The notes under the pieces: model-generated | Told to the model about the DNA's origin: nothing | Seen by the model: only the letters and a program-made list of their open reading frames with translations | Database searches by the model: none | Translations under genes and position numbers: made by a program | Shown: positions 39,586 through 49,794 of the stretch, one piece after another | How the letters are laid out: every line of letters starts with the position of its first letter | Position numbering within the stretch: position 1 is the first letter of the stretch | Source: Candidatus Bathyarchaeia archaeon | GTDB taxonomy: Archaea; Thermoproteota; Bathyarchaeia; 40CM-2-53-6 | Assembly (NCBI GenBank): GCA_049513715.1 | Contig: JBEKVV010000002.1 | Location: forward strand, 96,001-160,000 | Length of the DNA stretch: 64,000 nt | Direction: 5' to 3'

Positions 39586-40922
39586 GCTTTCAGGTCGTAT
39601 CTTCGCCCTTTGGTGGGTTGCTCTATGGCCGTGATGTCGGACATGTACTTGGCGTAGAGCCCCGGATATTCTGTGTGGATCGGAAACAGTTTCTTCGGTT
39701 TGATTTTCTCAACCGTCTTCTTCAGCTCGCTTGGCATTATGTGCCCTGAACAGTGGACATGGTACATTGGCAATCCGAAATGATCCAACCAGTTCTGTAA
39801 GCGTTGAAATTCGAACTCTTGCTCCTCATTGAATGGTTCCGACATTGATAGAACGAAGACGCTGCCCGGGTCTGGCCGGATGTCGACGAGTTCCTTGAAA
39901 TCTGGTGTTGAGAATGCTACAATGAACTTTCCTTGGTTTTTTCTGAGTTCTTGACTGTCGATCGTCGTGGCGTGCTTCATCACTTCTTCCTCCCAACCGT
40001 AGTACCTTTTCTTTGCTCTCCTGAACACGACCAAGTTTTCTTCGGATTCGGCTATTTCGGGTAGGTTTAGGGTTCGGTCTTTTGCGAGGTCGCTGAGGAT
40101 GTGTGCCTGTTTTAGTGAGATCGCTAGGACTCGGTCATTCTCTTTTGCCACTTGGTAGAAGGTCCGCACTCTGTCAACGTCGACGTTTGAGAAGTTGGCG
40201 AGGACAATGTTCTTCGTTCCGGACACGATCGAGTTGAGTTTCGATTCCACCTCCGGCTCGCTCGAAACTTCGCCGCCGAGAATGTTCGTTCCCTCTGCGA
40301 GGAATACTGCTGGGTCTGCCTTGGCGGCCAATTCAACGAAGTCGCTTGTCATCTGAGGTTTAGTTCCATGAAGTCTGAAGTCAGCTGAATACACAACCGA
40401 GCCTTGCGAGGTTTTCAGTATGAACCCATACGCGCCTGGAATTGAGTGGTCAACATGGCAGGGCGTGACTTCGATGGAGCCGATCATAAGGGATTTGCCG
40501 GTCCTGAATGTCTGGAGCTCGACTCCGCGCATGTCTGATTCGAAGTGGCGGACCTTTGAAGCTGATACAGCTTTCAGTATCTGTGCGCAGGTCTCGCCGC
40601 AGTAGATTGGAATGCTCCTCTTCAGGAAGGATGTGTATCCCCAATGGTCGCCGTGCGCGTGCGAGAGGACTACGGCATCGATTGAGGGTTTTGAGTCTTC
40701 GAACTCGTAAATTCCTTTGATGGTGGGGAGAATGCCCAACTCAAGGAGGTCTCGTTCGTCGCCGGGTGAAAGCATCGGGTCGAAGAAGAATTTCCGTCGG
40801 TCTGAGTAGCTCATTCCAAAGTCGAGCATTACCCGCGTGCCTCTGTCTTCTATGAGGATCTTATTTCCACCGATTTCGTTCACGCCGCCGTAGAAGGTGA
40901 TGCCGGCCTGGGTTGTTGGCAT
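39582..40922 (-). CDS. Metallo-beta-lactamase / RNase J-like protein
   Basis: GGVNEIGGN, SHAHGDH, VDHSIPG, DFR.HG, HCSGH, PIHTE. Confidence 0.9.
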   Translation of the reverse strand: MPTTQAGITFYGGVNEIGGNKILIEDRGTRVMLDFGMSYSDRRKFFFDPMLSPGDERDLLELGILPTIKGIYEFEDSKPSIDAVVLSHAHGDHWGYTSFLKRSIPIYCGETCAQILKAVSASKVRHFESDMRGVELQTFRTGKSLMIGSIEVTPCHVDHSIPGAYGFILKTSQGSVVYSADFRLHGTKPQMTSDFVELAAKADPAVFLAEGTNILGGEVSSEPEVESKLNSIVSGTKNIVLANFSNVDVDRVRTFYQVAKENDRVLAISLKQAHILSDLAKDRTLNLPEIAESEENLVVFRRAKKRYYGWEEEVMKHATTIDSQELRKNQGKFIVAFSTPDFKELVDIRPDPGSVFVLSMSEPFNEEQEFEFQRLQNWLDHFGLPMYHVHCSGHIMPSELKKTVEKIKPKKLFPIHTEYPGLYAKYMSDITAIEQPTKGRRYDLKA

Positions 40923-40972
40923 TTACCGCACGATTCTGCCCTGTGAGGGGGCTTGCTTATATCAAGTGAGCC

Positions 40973-41797
40973 GTGGGACTAAGGGCTGCGATAAAGAGTT
41001 ATGAATTGCCGCGTCTCCTTTCCGACTGGAGCGTGGTGGAGTTGCTTCGGGCTGTCGTCTTCGACTTGGGTGATACACTAGTTCACTTGAGTCGTCCTTG
41101 GGATGACGTTTTCCGCGACAATCTTAAGGCAGCCCACAGCTACCTCACAAAGTTGGGGTTGAAGCTAGATTTTCAGCAATTTGCAGAAACATTCATGCGG
41201 CAATTCAATGACGCATCTGAGAAGGCGGGTCTGTACAAAGTCGAGATCCCCATGCAGGAAATCATCGCAAAGACCCTACGTAAAGCCAAGTTGGAAGTTC
41301 TGGGAGTAGACTTGGTTCAGAATGCGATGATGGAATTCTACCAGCCGGAAATTGAAGCTTGGCAACTTTACCCAGACACGATTAAAACATTGGAAACCCT
41401 GCGCGAGCAAGAATTGAGGATGGGCCTGATATCGAATGCGAAGAGCGATTGGTTCGTCAGCGCGATTCTTGAAAAGTTCAACCTTCGGCAGTTCTTTGAT
41501 GTAGTGATAACATCTGCCGAAATAGGGCTAAGAAAACCACGGGCGGATATTTTCATGAAAGCGCTAAGTTCACTGAACATCAAAGCTTCAGAAGCTGTCT
41601 TCGTTGGCGACTCATTGCATGCAGACATCCTAGGTGCCAGAGCGGTTGGAATACAATCAATTCACTTGGTACGAAAACCCCTGGATGACTGCCACGTTCC
41701 TGACCGCTATGTCGGTGTGGCAAGCCTTACTGAGGCCTTGGACCAGATTACCAACTGCCAGAATGCCTCACTTGGCAACGTTCGAGATCTTAGATGA
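40973..41797 (+). CDS. HAD-superfamily hydrolase (start probably ~41033)
   Basis: FDLGDTL, ISNA, RKP..IF, VGDS..AD. Confidence 0.9.
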   Translation: MGLRAAIKSYELPRLLSDWSVVELLRAVVFDLGDTLVHLSRPWDDVFRDNLKAAHSYLTKLGLKLDFQQFAETFMRQFNDASEKAGLYKVEIPMQEIIAKTLRKAKLEVLGVDLVQNAMMEFYQPEIEAWQLYPDTIKTLETLREQELRMGLISNAKSDWFVSAILEKFNLRQFFDVVITSAEIGLRKPRADIFMKALSSLNIKASEAVFVGDSLHADILGARAVGIQSIHLVRKPLDDCHVPDRYVGVASLTEALDQITNCQNASLGNVRDLR

Positions 41798-41810
41798 GAT
41801 TTGGTTCCGG

Positions 41811-42284
41811 TCATGTGTCGAAGAACTCGGCGAGTTTGGTTTGAGAAGTGCCCTTCGACTCGCGAATTAATGATTTGAATTGTCTCTCCACGACCGTCTT
41901 TGCCTGCTTGATTGTGGCTCTCCTTTTCGGAGGAATGAGTGCGTGAAATGCAGAGCCCTGATGTTGCCAAACCCCAAAACCAGACCGTTTGAAACGAGCG
42001 AAATATCTGCTTCGCGTGACGCGGTATCGGTCTGCGACAATCACCACGTAGTTGAACGCTGTCGCATAGGCAGAGCATTGTTTAAGCCCTCGCCGGATGG
42101 AGTCAGTTCTTGACTTGTATTCGAACGCGCAGTAGTCTTGGCCCTTGATTGCGGCTACATCCACCCAGCAGTGGTTGGGGGTTGGGCAGAATACCTCGCT
42201 AGGGTGAACGGTGTAGCCTTGTGTTTGGAGGAATGCGATTAACTGTTTCCTTGCGGCGGGGTATCCTCGATGACATGTTGACAT
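41811..42284 (-). CDS. PD-(D/E)XK nuclease-like protein
   Basis: E.......VDVAA......FEYK.....G..Q...Y. Confidence 0.7.
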   Translation of the reverse strand: MSTCHRGYPAARKQLIAFLQTQGYTVHPSEVFCPTPNHCWVDVAAIKGQDYCAFEYKSRTDSIRRGLKQCSAYATAFNYVVIVADRYRVTRSRYFARFKRSGFGVWQHQGSAFHALIPPKRRATIKQAKTVVERQFKSLIRESKGTSQTKLAEFFDT

Positions 42285-42607
42285 GATTCGATGGAGGTTG
42301 CAGGTGGTGGCTGTAGAAACTTTTCGATACCTTTAGGTTCTTTTTGGCTTTCGGGCGTCTTGATTCTTTCAATCTCCGCGGCTAACTCTAGAAGCCGTAT
42401 ATGGTGGTCAAACAAAATTGACATGAACACCGCTTCGAGCACGACAGGCCTGACTGCCATGCCTCCAGCCGAAGCGTAGAGCTTAGACCGCAAAAGCATG
42501 TTCTCAAAAATGTCTTTCTCGGGTTTTCGTAACGCGTCCCTGAAAGGTTTCCATTTTGCGATTTCCATGTCGATTGCCATCCGATAGGAAGGAATCGTAC
42601 GTCCCAT
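42239..42607 (-). CDS. Small helical protein resembling the PolB2-operon-associated family (arCOG07300-like)
   Basis: MGRTIPSYR..E...W..FR.ALRK..K..F. Confidence 0.7.
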   Translation of the reverse strand: MGRTIPSYRMAIDMEIAKWKPFRDALRKPEKDIFENMLLRSKLYASAGGMAVRPVVLEAVFMSILFDHHIRLLELAAEIERIKTPESQKEPKGIEKFLQPPPATSIESCQHVIEDTPPQGNS

Positions 42608-42732
42608 CAAAGTCACCGCGTAGGTTCTGGTACGTGAGAATTTAGGTGGAAGAGAGAAGTGAAAGTGACAGAGCTCAGCGGCAACTGGTTCAGGGTTACG
42701 ACGGCCGAAACGGATATCGCAGGGCGTGATAG

Positions 42733-43236
42733 ATGAATGGAGCAACCGTTGGTGTCTGTTTGAACGAGGAAGATCTCGTGCCAAAGAACTTCAGTTGGCT
42801 CGAGCCATCTAAACTGGCCGGATGTGCCCGGCCAGAAAGTGAAGCGGAGTTGAAGGCCGTGAGGGAGCAAGGGATTCTTGCTATCGTCTCGTTGACTGGG
42901 ACACCACTCATCCCAGATGTTGTACGCCGGCTAGGTTTCGATTATCTGCATTCACACATGTCCGGGTCGCCGACCACCAAGCAATTGGAAGAGCTGGTCA
43001 AGTTCATAGAGCGCGAAAACGCCCAATCCAAACCTGTTTTGGTTCATTGCGGTGAGGGTAAAGGGCGTACTGGAACAGTCTTGGCTGCTTACCTGGTGAA
43101 ACATGGCCTAGGGGCTGATGATGCCATTCGATTAGTACGCGAAAAGCGGCCGGGGTCGATTCAAACGATCGAACAAGAAAATGCGCTAAAAGAATTCGAG
43201 AAAATTCGCGATTCCAGGCAACCCACACCCACTTGA
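42733..43236 (+). CDS. Dual-specificity protein phosphatase
   Basis: NFSW, HCGEGKGRTG, RPGSIQT.EQ. Confidence 0.92.
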   Translation: MNGATVGVCLNEEDLVPKNFSWLEPSKLAGCARPESEAELKAVREQGILAIVSLTGTPLIPDVVRRLGFDYLHSHMSGSPTTKQLEELVKFIERENAQSKPVLVHCGEGKGRTGTVLAAYLVKHGLGADDAIRLVREKRPGSIQTIEQENALKEFEKIRDSRQPTPT

Positions 43237-43281
43237 GTTAGTGTGTGCTGAAGAAGGGGCTTTTGCGGCCGTGTCAGGTTC

Positions 43282-43614
43282 TTAGACTGACTGCCCAACG
43301 ATGTTTAGAATTTGTTGTGCAATGTTCGCATCGTTGGTGCTGATGTTTTCTTCTGGTGGGATTACGATGGACCAATCCATCATGATTTGGCCGTCGTTGC
43401 CGTATTGGAAGACTGATTGAGCTTTCAGTATTCCGGTCTTTTTCATCAGGTTCTGGGAGGCTAGCAGGAGCTGTAGTTGCTTCGTACCGATCGCGAAAGT
43501 TGGTGGGCTTGTGGCTTGTACAAGTTGGGGTAATTGTGGTAGTGCTGCCAAACCGACAGCGCTTCCAAGCAGGATCTTTGCCGCCTTCGTGAAGAAACTT
43601 CTTCTGTCTGACAA
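43282..43614 (-). CDS. Small Tat-exported hypothetical protein
   Basis: DRRSFF twin-arginine motif plus hydrophobic stretch and VQA cleavage-like site. Confidence 0.6.
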   Translation of the reverse strand: MSDRRSFFTKAAKILLGSAVGLAALPQLPQLVQATSPPTFAIGTKQLQLLLASQNLMKKTGILKAQSVFQYGNDGQIMMDWSIVIPPEENISTNDANIAQQILNIVGQSV

Positions 43615-44181
43615 GATACGTCGAAATGTAATTGGTATTTCCGGTAATATCCTTTCCGAGGAAGGTAGGCGTCCATGGATGGTCTTGGCCGTCCGATAAT
43701 GTCAAGAATGAGCAGAACAGTCGGCACAAATCCACAGAGTAGAATGCATGGGGTTGTTACTCTGTTGAACCGCCATCATTAATGTTTAATGTTAAACGTT
43801 AGAACCCCTTTGGTTCCATTGGCCGTTTTCGATCTCAGAACGACCACTGGGCCAGCAGTCTACTGGAGCAGTTTCTTGATGAAATTGAGCAAGCATCAAC
43901 GCCATATGAAGTTGATGGTGAATCCTGAACGAAAGATGGGGAGCCAAGATCAACCCAGTGCTGTTCAGGTGATGGGTCGGAGCGTGGTTGTTAATGGTCT
44001 ACATGTTTCGAGGCTGCGTGTCGAATTCGCGCTAAGGTTTGTGGAGGGATTGATGTTTGCGAATTGGAAATTTGCGACAACGAAAATTCCGGGGTGCCTC
44101 GCAGGCTGGCCGGGTCGGTTTTCAGAACCCTATTAAATGAGGAGAAGGCTGTTCTCACAAAATCTCACACTGGTGATTGAT

Positions 44182-45663
44182 ATGTCCCAAGGCGCCTACG
44201 GCCACAGCTCCGAGCGAGTTCCAATTAACAGGGTAGACACGTACATTTGGGAGATTCCGAAGGATTCTCAGCGCGGCATGCGTGTTCCAGGCCGAATATA
44301 CGCCGATGAAGCATTGATTGGCAAAATGCGAACCGACGCCACACTCCAACAATGCGCAAACGTCGCAACCCTCCCCGGACTCTACAACTGGTCCATTACG
44401 ATGCCAGACGGCCACGAAGGCTACGGGTTCCCGATAGGTGGAGTCGCAGCAAGCGACTACGACGAAGGCATCGTAAGCCCCGGGGGTGTCGGTTACGACA
44501 TAAATTGTGGAGTCAGATTGATCCGAACGAACCTGACGGAAGCTGATGTTCGTCCGGTTTTGGGTAAATTGTTGGATGCTATGTTTGTGAATGTTCCTTC
44601 TGGTTTGGGTAGTCGAGGGAAGGTTGGGAGAATTTCTGCTGGGGATTTGGAGAAGGTTACGCGTGAGGGTGTTGAGTGGGCCGTTGACCACGGTTACGGT
44701 TGGGCAGAGGATCAGAAGCATTGCGAGGAGAATGGTTGCTTGGAAACCGCAAACCCCGACAAGGTTTCTGGAACAGCCAAACAGAGGGGGAGCCCACAGC
44801 TCGGCAGCCTAGGGAGCGGTAACCATTTTCTTGAGATTGAGAAGGTCGACAAGATCTTTGATCAGCCTGTGGCAGAGAAGCTGGGGATTCGAAAGGAGGG
44901 TCAGATTCTGGTTCTGGTTCATACTGGTAGTCGTGGGTTCGGTTACCAGGTGTGCAGCGATTACCTGCGCGTTATGGAAAGGGCGGTACACAAATATGGT
45001 ATCAATTTGCCGGATAGGCAATTGGCTTGCGCCCCAGCCAAAAGTAATGAAATTGAAGATTACATCGGTGCAATGTCGTCGGCGGCGAATTTCGCTTGGG
45101 TCAACCGACAGATGATCACTCATTGGACGCGGGAGTCTTTCGAGAAAACCTTCGGAAAATCCGCTGACCAGCTTGACATGGGCTTGATTTACGATGTGGC
45201 CCACAACATCGCTAAAATCGAGGAACATGCAGTGGACGGTGGAATGAAGAAAGTCTACGTTCACCGCAAAGGAGCCACACGAGCATTTCCGCCAGGACAT
45301 CCGGCAGTTCCTGCGGAGTACCGGGAAATTGGCCAGCCGGTCTTCATTCCTGGCAGTATGGGTACTGCGTCTTGGGTTCTGATTGGGGCACCGAAGGCTA
45401 TGGAACTCAGCTTTGGTACCACGGCCCACGGTGCGGGTAGGTCCATGAGTCGAACCGCAGCGAAGAGACGAAACCCTGCCCGGCAGGTAGAAGAGTTGCT
45501 AGCGAAGAAGGGAATTATGATTCGAGCTGAGAATTTCGGGACAGTGAGCGAAGAGGCTCCTGAGGCGTACAAGAATGTGGACAGTGTGGCTGAGGTGAGC
45601 CACCAGCTCGGCATAGCGACCAAAGTGGCAAGGCTAGTCCCGATTGGTGTAACGAAAGGTTAG
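44182..45663 (+). CDS. rtcB: RtcB RNA ligase
   Basis: MPDGH.GYGFPIGGV, GYDINCG, GSGNHFLE, HRKGAT, HGAGR, EEAP.AYK. Confidence 0.97.
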   Translation: MSQGAYGHSSERVPINRVDTYIWEIPKDSQRGMRVPGRIYADEALIGKMRTDATLQQCANVATLPGLYNWSITMPDGHEGYGFPIGGVAASDYDEGIVSPGGVGYDINCGVRLIRTNLTEADVRPVLGKLLDAMFVNVPSGLGSRGKVGRISAGDLEKVTREGVEWAVDHGYGWAEDQKHCEENGCLETANPDKVSGTAKQRGSPQLGSLGSGNHFLEIEKVDKIFDQPVAEKLGIRKEGQILVLVHTGSRGFGYQVCSDYLRVMERAVHKYGINLPDRQLACAPAKSNEIEDYIGAMSSAANFAWVNRQMITHWTRESFEKTFGKSADQLDMGLIYDVAHNIAKIEEHAVDGGMKKVYVHRKGATRAFPPGHPAVPAEYREIGQPVFIPGSMGTASWVLIGAPKAMELSFGTTAHGAGRSMSRTAAKRRNPARQVEELLAKKGIMIRAENFGTVSEEAPEAYKNVDSVAEVSHQLGIATKVARLVPIGVTKG

Positions 45664-45706
45664 TTTACCGCGATTTTGCGGCGGTAGTGTTGTTGTTCGA
45701 GTCAGC

Positions 45707-46126
45707 CTAGGCTTTGATGACCACTGTCTTGGCGAATCGGTCGCCGAGCCGCTGTTTCTTATCTGACCGTGCGATGAGAATGATTCCGATGATATAGAAG
45801 AATGGTAGAGCATCGATTATTCTGAGTATGTTGCGGACGATGGCTGCGCCGAACCCACAAGCTGACCCATCCTCACGGACGACCTTAATTTTGAGAAGTT
45901 TCTTGCCAACTGTTGCTCCCATTGCTCCCTCGAGGACGACGAAGTACAGGAAAGTGATCAGACCGTATGCGCCTAGGAATGGGGATGCAGCTGCCCCTTG
46001 GTAATCAAACGTGAACGAACCTGACATTGCGAATCCAACGAGGAAAAATAGGATGAACAGGATTACGCCATCGACGATTTGCGCCACAAGCCTGGTTCCG
46101 ATACTTTGGTACTTATTGGCAGTCAT
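45707..46126 (-). CDS. RDD family membrane protein
   Basis: RLVAQIVD, T.GK..LKIKVV, QRLGD.FAKTVV. Confidence 0.9.
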   Translation of the reverse strand: MTANKYQSIGTRLVAQIVDGVILFILFFLVGFAMSGSFTFDYQGAAASPFLGAYGLITFLYFVVLEGAMGATVGKKLLKIKVVREDGSACGFGAAIVRNILRIIDALPFFYIIGIILIARSDKKQRLGDRFAKTVVIKA

Positions 46127-46331
46127 GCCCGACAAAAGCCTGCTATCGCATAAGAAGATTTGCAGTCGACTCAACCTCAGTGTATAGCATAGTCTAGACA
46201 TCTTTTCTGCAGGCCAATGAAAGCTGAAGTCCAGGTATGGGATCAGAATCGGGGTTTCTACGGCTTTTTTTCCGATCAATCTAAAAGCGCGCGTAGGTTC
46301 AACTGACTCAGCGTTAACGCTTGATTGGGCT

Positions 46332-46598
46332 ATGGTGACCGACTTGGGTGGGAAGCTGCGGCGTCACGGAATCTGGTCAGTTCTCGTACCAGTCGATGTT
46401 ATGATGGTGATTTTGCTGATTCTCTTGAACTTCGAGAGCAAGTCCGGCGTGACGATAGCGGACAGCGGGATGAAAGTTGAAGCTGTCGCCTTCACGGCTT
46501 TGTTGACCGTAGGATTACTAGCGCCATTCGCCTGGCGATGGTGGCTTAACCTCAAGAAATCCCCTGCCGCTCCAGTAGAGGTCAAGGTTGAGAATTGA
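46332..46598 (+). CDS. Small 2-TM membrane protein
   Basis: Two hydrophobic segments; overlaps next gene start. Confidence 0.55.
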   Translation: MVTDLGGKLRRHGIWSVLVPVDVMMVILLILLNFESKSGVTIADSGMKVEAVAFTALLTVGLLAPFAWRWWLNLKKSPAAPVEVKVEN

Positions 46599-47266
46599 AA
46601 CCCGAATGGGTCACGTTTGATTGTTATGGAACTCTGGTTGATTGGGAAACAGGAATCAGAACTGTTCTCAATCAGATAATCAGTGAGAAGAAGGCCAAAG
46701 TGCGCATTGACGATTTGCTGAAGGCCAGAGAAGACGCTGAGTTTGAACTGATTCAAAGCCCATACAAAAGTTACAGGGAGTTCTTGCACCTTAGTTTGCA
46801 GGAGGCCTGCAGGCGGTTCCACGTACCTTACTCTCCCCGGGACGGGGTGAGGCTGGCCGAGTCGATTCCAACATGGCCGGTCTTCAAAGAAACCAAACCA
46901 GCACTCGAACAACTCGCAGAGAAATGCAAGTTGGGGATCATTTCAAACATTGACACGGACATAATCGAAGCGACCAAAGCCAAGGTCGGAGTCCAGTTCG
47001 CGTTAACGGTTACCGCCCAAGAGGTTGGGGCCTACAAACCAAGCACAAAGCCTTTCGAAGTGACCCTGCAAAAACTTGGTTGCCCACCTGACCGGGTCCT
47101 TCATGTTTCATCCGGTTTCAAGTACGATATTCCACCCGCACACAGGATCGGTTTCAGCACGGCTTGGGTAAACCGAAAGAAGGAAGCTAAACCTTCAGGC
47201 CTGCAAGCCGATCACGAGTTCAGGAGCCTCACCGAACTGGCCGAATATGTCACTGAGACCTCCTGA
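46595..47266 (+). CDS. Haloacid dehalogenase type II-like HAD hydrolase
   Basis: TFDCYGTLVDW, ISN.D, YKP, LHVS. Confidence 0.9.
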   Translation: MKPEWVTFDCYGTLVDWETGIRTVLNQIISEKKAKVRIDDLLKAREDAEFELIQSPYKSYREFLHLSLQEACRRFHVPYSPRDGVRLAESIPTWPVFKETKPALEQLAEKCKLGIISNIDTDIIEATKAKVGVQFALTVTAQEVGAYKPSTKPFEVTLQKLGCPPDRVLHVSSGFKYDIPPAHRIGFSTAWVNRKKEAKPSGLQADHEFRSLTELAEYVTETS

Positions 47267-47422
47267 GCCCCTGACAGCGAAGAGACCGCCTTGCTCCAAG
47301 CCACTCAACGAGTGGCCAAGCAACCTGAAAACTAGCCAGCACCACAAACTCGAATGTAGTACCCTAGTAATACATTCGAAATAATATCCCTACCATACCC
47401 CCCAACATACCCCTATGCTGGA

Positions 47423-47453
47423 GTGTATACACCCAACGTTTGGGTGTATACAC
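47423..47453. repeat. Perfect 14-bp inverted repeat with self-palindromic arms
   Basis: GTGTATACACCCAA-CGT-TTGGGTGTATACAC. Confidence 0.85.
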
Positions 47454-47582
47454 CCTGACAAGGAAGGTGTGTGATGTCACCTCACTCTCGGGCGAGACTT
47501 GGGTGCTGGCTGTTACTGTCACACTCGGTTAGACCCCTCTAATACTACATTCGCATTAGTTCGGTTTGGTTGTTGTTGGTCT

Positions 47583-48101
47583 TCATTTTGTTGCGGGTTG
47601 TTTTCTGAGGTGAGCGGGTAGTCTGCCTTTCTGCATCATCTCTTTGCCCCGCTTGATGATTGGGTTGGCGGGGTTGATTTGCAGAGCCTTTGCGATTGAT
47701 TGCGAGGATGCTTCAGCCTTTCCGGTCAAGTATTGTGCCCACGCAAGGTTGAACCAGGCGTACTCATTGTTCGGGTTCACTTTGACCGCTCGCTCCAACG
47801 TCGGTATGGCATCATGGGCTTTCCCTAGGTCGATGAGAGCCCACCCTTTGCTCACGAGCGCGATGTCATCGTCAGGATTCAGAGTTAAGCTCCGTTCCGA
47901 GTGTTCCAAAGCGTTTTCCGAGTATTTCCATTCCCGGCGAGCGTTGGCGAGTCTGTTGAGGGCATAGGCCTTGAGGGCAAGTGCTTGGCTGTTTTCGGGT
48001 GTGACTTTGATGATGCGGTTGAGCTGCAGGATTGCTTGCTCGGGTCTGTTCTGCGAATAGAGCAAATAGAATATTTCATCTCGGAGGTTTGATGGTTTCA
48101 A
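47583..48101 (-). CDS. TPR-repeat protein
   Basis: Repeated A...P.N..A...(K/L)(A/G)..L pattern. Confidence 0.88.
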   Translation of the reverse strand: MKPSNLRDEIFYLLYSQNRPEQAILQLNRIIKVTPENSQALALKAYALNRLANARREWKYSENALEHSERSLTLNPDDDIALVSKGWALIDLGKAHDAIPTLERAVKVNPNNEYAWFNLAWAQYLTGKAEASSQSIAKALQINPANPIIKRGKEMMQKGRLPAHLRKQPATK

Positions 48102-48375
48102 GGCTGCGACGTCCTCCTGAGGATAAACTTCTTGATGGGCATATCGGCCTAAGAGATAACTGTCTGTTCACCAGAGGTGGACGCCGCATTATTGGAGTTT
48201 AGCTGTTCCTTTTCCAGTTCGATTTTCGGCAAGCCTTCTGTCAATTCAAGGATAGCTCTCACACTTGAGTCGAACATTCGCAGTCTGGTTTCGTTTGGTG
48301 GGCTGGTATTTCTAACACCCCGACAAAAGGCAGATGAAGCGGCCTTGATGATCAACCACCCAAGGGCGTTAGGCT

Positions 48376-48585
48376 TTGACCCCAAAGGAACGCGAGTTAC
48401 TTCAGGGAATGGCTAATTGCTACAAAGCGTGCCACGCGACTTTCGAAGAAACAGTGGGCATGGTTGGGTCTGCCCGAGGCCTCACCTCTGCTGAAGTCAA
48501 GGAAATGTTGGAACGATTGAAACATGAAGGTGGGGAGGAGTACATGGCGCTTAGGCGAAAGCTTCCTGGCGATTTCCCACTGTGA
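48376..48585 (+). CDS. Small hypothetical protein
   Basis: GTGA overlap with next gene; CYKACH. Confidence 0.6.
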   Translation: MTPKERELLQGMANCYKACHATFEETVGMVGSARGLTSAEVKEMLERLKHEGGEEYMALRRKLPGDFPL

Positions 48586-49499
48586 GATTGGAGGCCTCAC
48601 GATTGACAAAATGCTCAGTATGCGGAGAAGCATTCGCTAGGGGAGACTACAGCAGCCTTGCAAGCCACTTGTATGAATTTTCTGAAAGAAGCGATGTGGA
48701 GCACGTGATGTGGCTGAACAAGAACATCACGAAGAAAAAAACGAAGGCGGCAGAGCTTTCACAACTGATGGGTGAATACTTCGACACGCATGACGACCTG
48801 AAAGGTTGGATTAAGAAAAGATTCATTGAGAGATTCTACGGACCCAACCCACACCCCTTCGTGCTCGCCCTCCAACACCCCTCAAGGGCCACGCTGTTAG
48901 GCTACGTCGTGGAGCACCAACATTTCCTGAGGCAGTGGACTCGTTCGTGCGCTTACATTATTGCGAAAACCGATAAGGTCGACGTTACGCTTTACGAACT
49001 TGACAACATAAACACCGAATTCGGCGGCAGTGGTGTCGGAAAACCGTCGCATTATGAGCTGCTGTTGCGAATGGGCGAAAGCCTGGGCCTGCCAAGGGAA
49101 AAAGCCCTTGCAACACCACCGCTACCTGATACGGCTTCGGCAATCAATACCTGGAACAGTATCGCCGAGAAGGACCACTGGTTGGAGACGATGGTGGCGA
49201 TGCATGGGCTCGAACTGATAGCCGACCGGAACCTAACGAACGAAGGGGCCTCGGTTCACTACTTTGACCCTGAGGTCCTGAAGGGCAAGGACGTAACGGA
49301 AGGAACCAAGAACTTCCTCAGGGAAGGCTACGAGGCCGACGTCAAGCACTCTGAAGAAGCCCTGAAACTTGTTGACAAGTACTCCGCAGAACTCGGTATA
49401 ACGGAGAACGTTCAGGCAACGTTCCTAAAATCCATCCATGCCTTCGACTATTACTTAATGGCCCGTTTGGAGAGAGGGAAGCAGTTTGAAGGTTCCTGA
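48582..49499 (+). CDS. C2H2-Zn-finger fused PqqC/TenA-like (heme-oxygenase-fold) redox enzyme
   Basis: CSVC...HL......H; N..TE......SHYELL, HGLE, AD.KH. Confidence 0.75.
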   Translation: MRLEASRLTKCSVCGEAFARGDYSSLASHLYEFSERSDVEHVMWLNKNITKKKTKAAELSQLMGEYFDTHDDLKGWIKKRFIERFYGPNPHPFVLALQHPSRATLLGYVVEHQHFLRQWTRSCAYIIAKTDKVDVTLYELDNINTEFGGSGVGKPSHYELLLRMGESLGLPREKALATPPLPDTASAINTWNSIAEKDHWLETMVAMHGLELIADRNLTNEGASVHYFDPEVLKGKDVTEGTKNFLREGYEADVKHSEEALKLVDKYSAELGITENVQATFLKSIHAFDYYLMARLERGKQFEGS

Positions 49500-49782
49500 A
49501 GGCTGCGCCATTTGCGGGGCCACGTGGGGCAACCACTGGGCCGAGGTGGAAGACCAACGAATGTTCTTCTGCTGCAAGATTTGTGAAACGGAATTTCGCA
49601 ACATGATTGACCAAGTCAAGGCCAGGACCGGCTGGAGCACAATAGATGAAATCAAAATTCAAGGAGACCAAAGGAGCAGGCTGTGCACAGCGTTCTCCGG
49701 CAATAACACATACAAATTCACCATTAGCTTCAACTCGCAGGGGGGAATTCGAACCTTCGAAATAGGCCCTTCCCAAGCTTAG
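49486..49782 (+). CDS. TA0938-family zinc-binding protein
   Basis: GCAICGATWG......MFFCC.IC. Confidence 0.8.
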   Translation: MKVPEGCAICGATWGNHWAEVEDQRMFFCCKICETEFRNMIDQVKARTGWSTIDEIKIQGDQRSRLCTAFSGNNTYKFTISFNSQGGIRTFEIGPSQA

Positions 49783-49794
49783 GCCAACTGCAAG

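Noticed and set aside
43789..44136. 115-aa ORF upstream of rtcB
   Set aside because: No motifs or RBS; not archease-like.
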